Part shown: positions 59,864-64,000 of the stretch, piece by piece
Position numbering within the stretch: position 1 is the first letter of the stretch
Layout: the number at the start of each line of letters is the position of its first letter
NCBI GenBank assembly: GCA_963749075.1
Contig: CAVVLJ010000016.1
Span: forward strand, 1,120,001-1,184,000
Direction: 5' to 3'
DNA: 64,000 bases
DNA from: an uncultured Pseudomonadota bacterium
GTDB lineage: Bacteria; Pseudomonadota; Alphaproteobacteria; JACZXZ01
Program-made: the position numbers and the translations under genes
Notes under the pieces: model-generated
What the model saw: only the letters and a program-made list of their open reading frames with translations
What the model was told of the DNA's origin: nothing
The model's database searches: none

Positions 59864-60658
59864 TCAGACGATCGAGCGGACCACGCCGCCGTCGACGCGG
59901 AGGGCAGCGCCGTTGGTCGCCGAGGCCTGCTCGGAGGCGACATAGACCACCATGTTGGCGACCTCCTCGACCGAGGCGAAGCGCTTCAAGAGCGAGCTCG
60001 GCCGCATCTCCGCGAAGAAGCCGCGCTCGACCTCCGCCTCGGAGAGGCCGCGCTCCTTGGCGAGGCCGCGCACGAACTCGGCGACGCCCTCCGAGCGGGT
60101 GGGCCCGGGCAGGACGGCATTGACCGTGACGACGGTGCCGGCCGTGAGCTCGGCCAGGCCGCGCGAGACGGCGAGCTCGGCCGTCTTGGTCATGCCGTAA
60201 TGGATCATCTCGGCCGGGATATTGAGCGCCGATTCGCTCGAGATGAAGACGATGCGGCCCCAGTTCGCGGCGAGCATGCGCGGGAAGTAATGGCGCGCGA
60301 GGCGGACGCCGCTCATGACGTTGACCTCGAAGAAGCGCAGCCAGTCCTCGTCGGTGATGTCGGCGAATTTCTTGGGCTCGAAGATGCCGAGATTGTTGAC
60401 GAGGATGTCGGCCTCGCCGGCGGCCGCAACGAAACGCTCGACCCCGGGAGCGCTCCCGAGATCCCCGGCCGCGCCGAGGAGCTTGGCACCGGGGACGAGG
60501 GCCCCAAGACGCGCCACGGCCTTGCCCGTCGAGCCTTCGCTGCGCCCGTTCAGCACAACCGCGGCGCCCGCGCGCGCGAGGCCCGCGGCAATGGCGAAGC
60601 CGATGCCGGCCGACGAGCCGCTGACCACGGCCCGGTGCTTGCTCAGGTCGATCCTCAT
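59864..60658 (-). CDS. short-chain dehydrogenase/reductase
   Basis: SGSSAGIG, DILVNNLG, FISSES, HYGMTK, VNAVLPGPT, LRVDGG. Confidence 0.93.
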   Translation of the reverse strand: MRIDLSKHRAVVSGSSAGIGFAIAAGLARAGAAVVLNGRSEGSTGKAVARLGALVPGAKLLGAAGDLGSAPGVERFVAAAGEADILVNNLGIFEPKKFADITDEDWLRFFEVNVMSGVRLARHYFPRMLAANWGRIVFISSESALNIPAEMIHYGMTKTAELAVSRGLAELTAGTVVTVNAVLPGPTRSEGVAEFVRGLAKERGLSEAEVERGFFAEMRPSSLLKRFASVEEVANMVVYVASEQASATNGAALRVDGGVVRSIV

Positions 60659-60748
60659 GAGTGCCTCGCGGATGCCCGGTCGTAGATGAGCGGGGGAAGG
60701 TGCCGGCGCTTAGCTAATGCCGCGGCGGCCCATGTCCAGCTGGCCCTT

Positions 60749-60776
60749 AGATCGCATAATGCATATTATGGAAAAT
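60749..60776. other. XerC/XerD dif site candidate
   Basis: AGATCGCATAA-TGCATA-TTATGGAAAAT, 22/28 identical to E. coli dif GGTGCGCATAA-TGTATA-TTATGTTAAAT; intergenic and AT-rich. Confidence 0.8.
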
Positions 60777-60984
60777 ACGCGGGCGATGTTTCACTTCACA
60801 TACCCACCCACAAAATCTATGGCTCGCCACCGCAAGAGCTCGCACCCTCATGCTGGGCGCACTTTTGGCGCGGACATGAAAACCGCGCGGTTCCTCGAGC
60901 CGCGGCCTCGGGCGCGCGCCGCTGGCTGACCCCGCGCGCTTCATCTAAGCTCGTGCGCATGCCCGATGCGAGACGCGTGAGATC

Positions 60985-61776
60985 ATGAAGCTCCTTCACT
61001 TGCTCGTCCTGATGATGGCGATGCTGCCCCTTCCGGCGCGCGCCACCTACTATGCCGTCGCCTTTTCGAAGGATTTCCTGGTCGTCGCGATCGACAGCCG
61101 CACGGTCGATCTGTTGGACCCCTCTCAACCCCCCAACGACCGCTATTGCAAGATCCATCCGCTCTCCGACCAGACCGTGTTCTTCAGCACGGGCATCGTC
61201 GCGATGAAGGACCGCCTCGCCTCCTTCGATGCCAACGCGCTCGCCGAGAAGGTCTACGCCGATGTGGTGCATGCGCCGGATTTCGCCGCGCTGGCCGAGA
61301 ACTGGAGCGCCCTCATGGAGGCCGCCTACGGGAAATTTCTCGCGGCCCACCCGGCTTTGGCACAGAGCCTCGACGACAAGGTGATGATCAAGGGATATTT
61401 CGCCGGCATCGACGACTATGCAAAGGTCGTCCTCGAGTCGGCCGAGATCAGCCGGCGCAGCGGGGAATTCAGCACGTCGTTCTCGCACCGGCAGCAGTCC
61501 GGAGACGCCATCCCGATCGTCCACGGCGGGCATAGCGAGATCATCGACGAGTTTGCCGATGGCGGCACGACCGCGCGGGCAAAGAAGGTCCTGGCCCAAA
61601 TCGACGCCGAGGGTGCTCGCGAATCGAGCGCCGACAAGATGGCGCTCCTCGTCGAGGCGTTCGTCAGGGCGGTCAGGGACTGGAGCGGCGACGACACCGT
61701 CGGCGGCGACGTTGCCGTGTTGATCCTGGAGCGCGGCAAATACCCGCGCTGGTTCCGCCGCCCGAGCTTCTGCTGA
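60985..61776 (+). CDS. exported proteasome-beta/HslV-like Ntn-hydrolase fold protein (hypothetical)
   Basis: Signal peptide ending ARA, then T..AV..KD..VVAIDSR (T1, D17), CKI..L, FSTG, C-terminal DDTVGGDV.V. Confidence 0.7.
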   Translation: MKLLHLLVLMMAMLPLPARATYYAVAFSKDFLVVAIDSRTVDLLDPSQPPNDRYCKIHPLSDQTVFFSTGIVAMKDRLASFDANALAEKVYADVVHAPDFAALAENWSALMEAAYGKFLAAHPALAQSLDDKVMIKGYFAGIDDYAKVVLESAEISRRSGEFSTSFSHRQQSGDAIPIVHGGHSEIIDEFADGGTTARAKKVLAQIDAEGARESSADKMALLVEAFVRAVRDWSGDDTVGGDVAVLILERGKYPRWFRRPSFC

Positions 61777-61897
61777 CCAAGGCGCTGCCGACCCTGGGCG
61801 CCGCCATGGCCGCTCGCGATGCCCGCCATCGCGACAAAGCATTTCCCATGCGCCCGGCTTCGTCCTAACTCATGGCTGCCTGCAGCGGAGCCGCACG

Positions 61898-63113
61898 ATG
61901 CCCATCTCGTACGATGAGGCCGACCCCTACTTGAGCCGAGCCGGGCTGTGGCGCGCCGCCTTCGCGGGCCTGAGCGCGAGCCTGGTCGGCATCGGCTTGG
62001 CACGCTTCGCCTATACGCCGCTCATCCCCGCCCTCATCTCGGACCACTGGTTCAGCCAGGGCCAGGCCGTCTATCTCGGTGCCGCCAATCTGGCCGGCTA
62101 TCTCGTGGGCGCCGTGTTCGGCGCCGGCCTGCTCAAGCCGCTCGGTGCCGCCCGCGCGTTGCGCGCCATGATGCTGCTCACGGCGGTGAGCCTCTTCGCC
62201 TGCGAGCTGCGCGAGCTCGGCTTCCTCTGGTTCTCCTTCTGGCGTCTCCTCTCGGGCTGCACCGGCGGCGCCATCATGGTGCTCGCGGCGCCGACCGTGC
62301 TGGCGCGCACGCCGGCTGCGCGCCGCGGGCTCGTGGGCGGTGCGGTCTTCACCGGGGTCGGGCTCGGCATCGCCGCCTCGGGCACCCTCGTGCCGCTGCT
62401 GCTCCAGGTGGGCGGGCTCCAGGCGGCGTGGGCCGGGCTCGGCGGGGCCTCGCTCCTGCTCACGCTCGCCGCCTGGTCCGGCTGGCCCCGGGAGAGCGCC
62501 GCCGCCGCGGCCGAGGCGGCGCCGGCACCGCGGCCCGCCGCCATCCGCTTTCCCCTGCCGGCCGTGGCCGTGCTCGCGGAGTACGGCCTCAATGCGGTCG
62601 GGCTCGTGCCGCACATGCTCTTCCTTGTCGTCTTCGTGGCCCACGGGCTCGGCCGCGGCCTCGCCGCCGCCGCCGTCTACTGGACGATCTTCGGGCTCGC
62701 CGCGGTGGCAGGCCCCCTCCTCGCCGGCAACCTCGCGGACCGCGTCGGCTTCCGCGCGGCGCTGCGCCTCGTCTTTCTCGTCCAGACCGTGGCGATAGCA
62801 CTCCCCGCCGTCACCGCGGCGCCCTCTCTGGCTCGCTCTCTCGAGCGCCATCGCCGGCGCCTTCACCCCGGGCGTCGTGCCGCTGGCGCTCGGCCGGCTG
62901 CACGAGCTGATCGCGAGCGACGCCGGCCGGCGCCGCGCCTGGAGCCATGCCACCACCGCCTGGGCGCTCGGCCAGGCGCTCGCCGCCTACGGCTATTCCT
63001 ATCTCCTCGAGCGCACGGAAAGTTACGCGCTGCTCTTCGGCTCGGGCGCCGCCGTGCTCCTCGCAGCACTGCTCCTCGACCTCGTTGCAGGCGCCGGCCG
63101 CGCGCGCGCGTGA
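61898..63113 (+). CDS. YbfB/YjiJ-family MFS transporter; one +1 frameshift at about 62824
   Basis: VGIGLARFAYTPLIP, GAANLAGYL.GA, WRLLSG..G, FTGVG.GI; C-terminal TMs continue in the 62877-63113 frame; span 1216 nt = 3n+1. Confidence 0.87.
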
Positions 63114-63884
63114 TCAGAGCTCCACGGTCAGGCCGTCGTAGGCCGGCTCGACGCCGGGCGGGCAGCAGGCCGAGAGCGCGTCGTAGTCGAGGCTGTGGTT
63201 CATGTGGGTGAGGATGGCGCGCTCGGGCCGGACGCGCGCGATCCAGCCGAGCGTGCGGTCGAGCCAGGCATGGGTCGGGTGCGGGGCTAAGCGCAGGCAG
63301 TCGACGATCCACACCCGGACGCCGGCGAGGACCGCGAAGGCGCGCTCGTCGAGGCCGACCACATCCGTCGAATAGGCGAGCGGGCCGAAGCGGAAGCCGA
63401 GCGTCGCGCCGAAGCCGTGATCCTGCTCGAAGGGCTCGACCGCGACCGTCTTCGCCCGGAAGGGGCCCGCTATCGGCCGCATGACGAGGCAAGGGCGGTA
63501 GAGATAGCTCTCGTCTCCCGGCTCGCCCGAGGCGAGCGCATAAGCGAAGCGCGCGCGGATCTGCGCGATCGTCGCGGGCGTGGCGTAGGCGTCGATGGCG
63601 CTCCGGCGTAGCGTGTTGACGGCACGCAAATCGTCGATGCCGTGGAGATGATCGGCGTGGGCGTGAGTATAGAGGACCGCGTCGAGCCAGCCGTTGCCGG
63701 TGGCGAGGAGCTGCTGGCGGAGATCCGGCGAGGTATCGACGAGGAGGCGCGTCTCGCCGTCCTCGACGAGGATCGAGGCGCGGAGGCGCCGGTTGCGCGG
63801 ATTGCGCGGATCGCAGAGGCCCCAATTGCCGCCGATGAGCGGCACGCCCGTCGAGCCGCCGCAGCCGAGGATGGTGACCTTCAT
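63114..63884 (-). CDS. MBL-fold metallo-hydrolase (PhnP-like)
   Basis: ILGCG.S.GVP, N.RLRASI, DTSPDLR.Q, THAHADHLHG, AYSTD, HPTH, LTHM, AYDG. Confidence 0.92.
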   Translation of the reverse strand: MKVTILGCGGSTGVPLIGGNWGLCDPRNPRNRRLRASILVEDGETRLLVDTSPDLRQQLLATGNGWLDAVLYTHAHADHLHGIDDLRAVNTLRRSAIDAYATPATIAQIRARFAYALASGEPGDESYLYRPCLVMRPIAGPFRAKTVAVEPFEQDHGFGATLGFRFGPLAYSTDVVGLDERAFAVLAGVRVWIVDCLRLAPHPTHAWLDRTLGWIARVRPERAILTHMNHSLDYDALSACCPPGVEPAYDGLTVEL

Positions 63885-64000
63885 TGCGTGGCGGTTGCGG
63901 GTTTCGCCTTGGCGAAGAGGCGGAAGAAGTTGGCCGTGGTGGCGGCGGCCAGCTCCTCGAGGCCGACCTCCTTGAGCGCCGCCAGCGCCGCTGCGGTGTG
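63881..64000 (-). CDS. tatD: TatD-family hydrolase, C-terminal part (runs off window edge)
   Basis: HTAAALAALKEV.LEELAAATTANFFRLF.KA; ATGA overlap with the MBL gene, the usual tatD-MBL order. Confidence 0.75.
   Translation of the reverse strand, partial: HTAAALAALKEVGLEELAAATTANFFRLFAKAKPATATQ

Overview
GC-rich chromosomal segment of an alphaproteobacterium, Rhodospirillales-like by gene order (inference). The backbone is conserved housekeeping DNA: moeA'-moaC-trpCDG, a yibQ-like deacetylase, trpE, ppiD, tpiA, secG, pyrG, kdsA, eno, ftsB, pdhABC-lpdA-lipA-ratA, cinA-pgpA-ispDF, ntrBC-ntrYX-dat-HAD-hfq-hflX, mazG, an MBL hydrolase and tatD'. A good XerCD dif candidate at 60749-60776, with + strand KOPS octamers pointing towards it, suggests the window covers the replication terminus. 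Accessory inserts include: an orphan Gp5/VgrG OB-fold mini-gene; four toxin-antitoxin-type loci, two of which have lost the toxin by deletion; a four-gene chaperone-usher pilus island; two tandem PAS-GGDEF*-EAL paralogues, one with an RsbU N-terminal-like domain; and several palindromic repeat elements. The two best candidates for undescribed biology are (1) a translationally coupled four-gene operon at 50541-56072 encoding FHA-TM-trypsin, a PP2C phosphatase, a Ser/Thr kinase-TM-degenerate staphylococcal-nuclease fold, and an exported trypsin; and (2) a signal-peptide-bearing proteasome-beta/HslV-like Ntn hydrolase next to dif (60985-61776). Three genes (trpE, pdhC, an MFS transporter) each carry a single +1 frameshift, most likely sequencing errors. 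No rRNA, tRNA, CRISPR array or transposase was seen. All family assignments come from motif recognition by eye; no searches were run.
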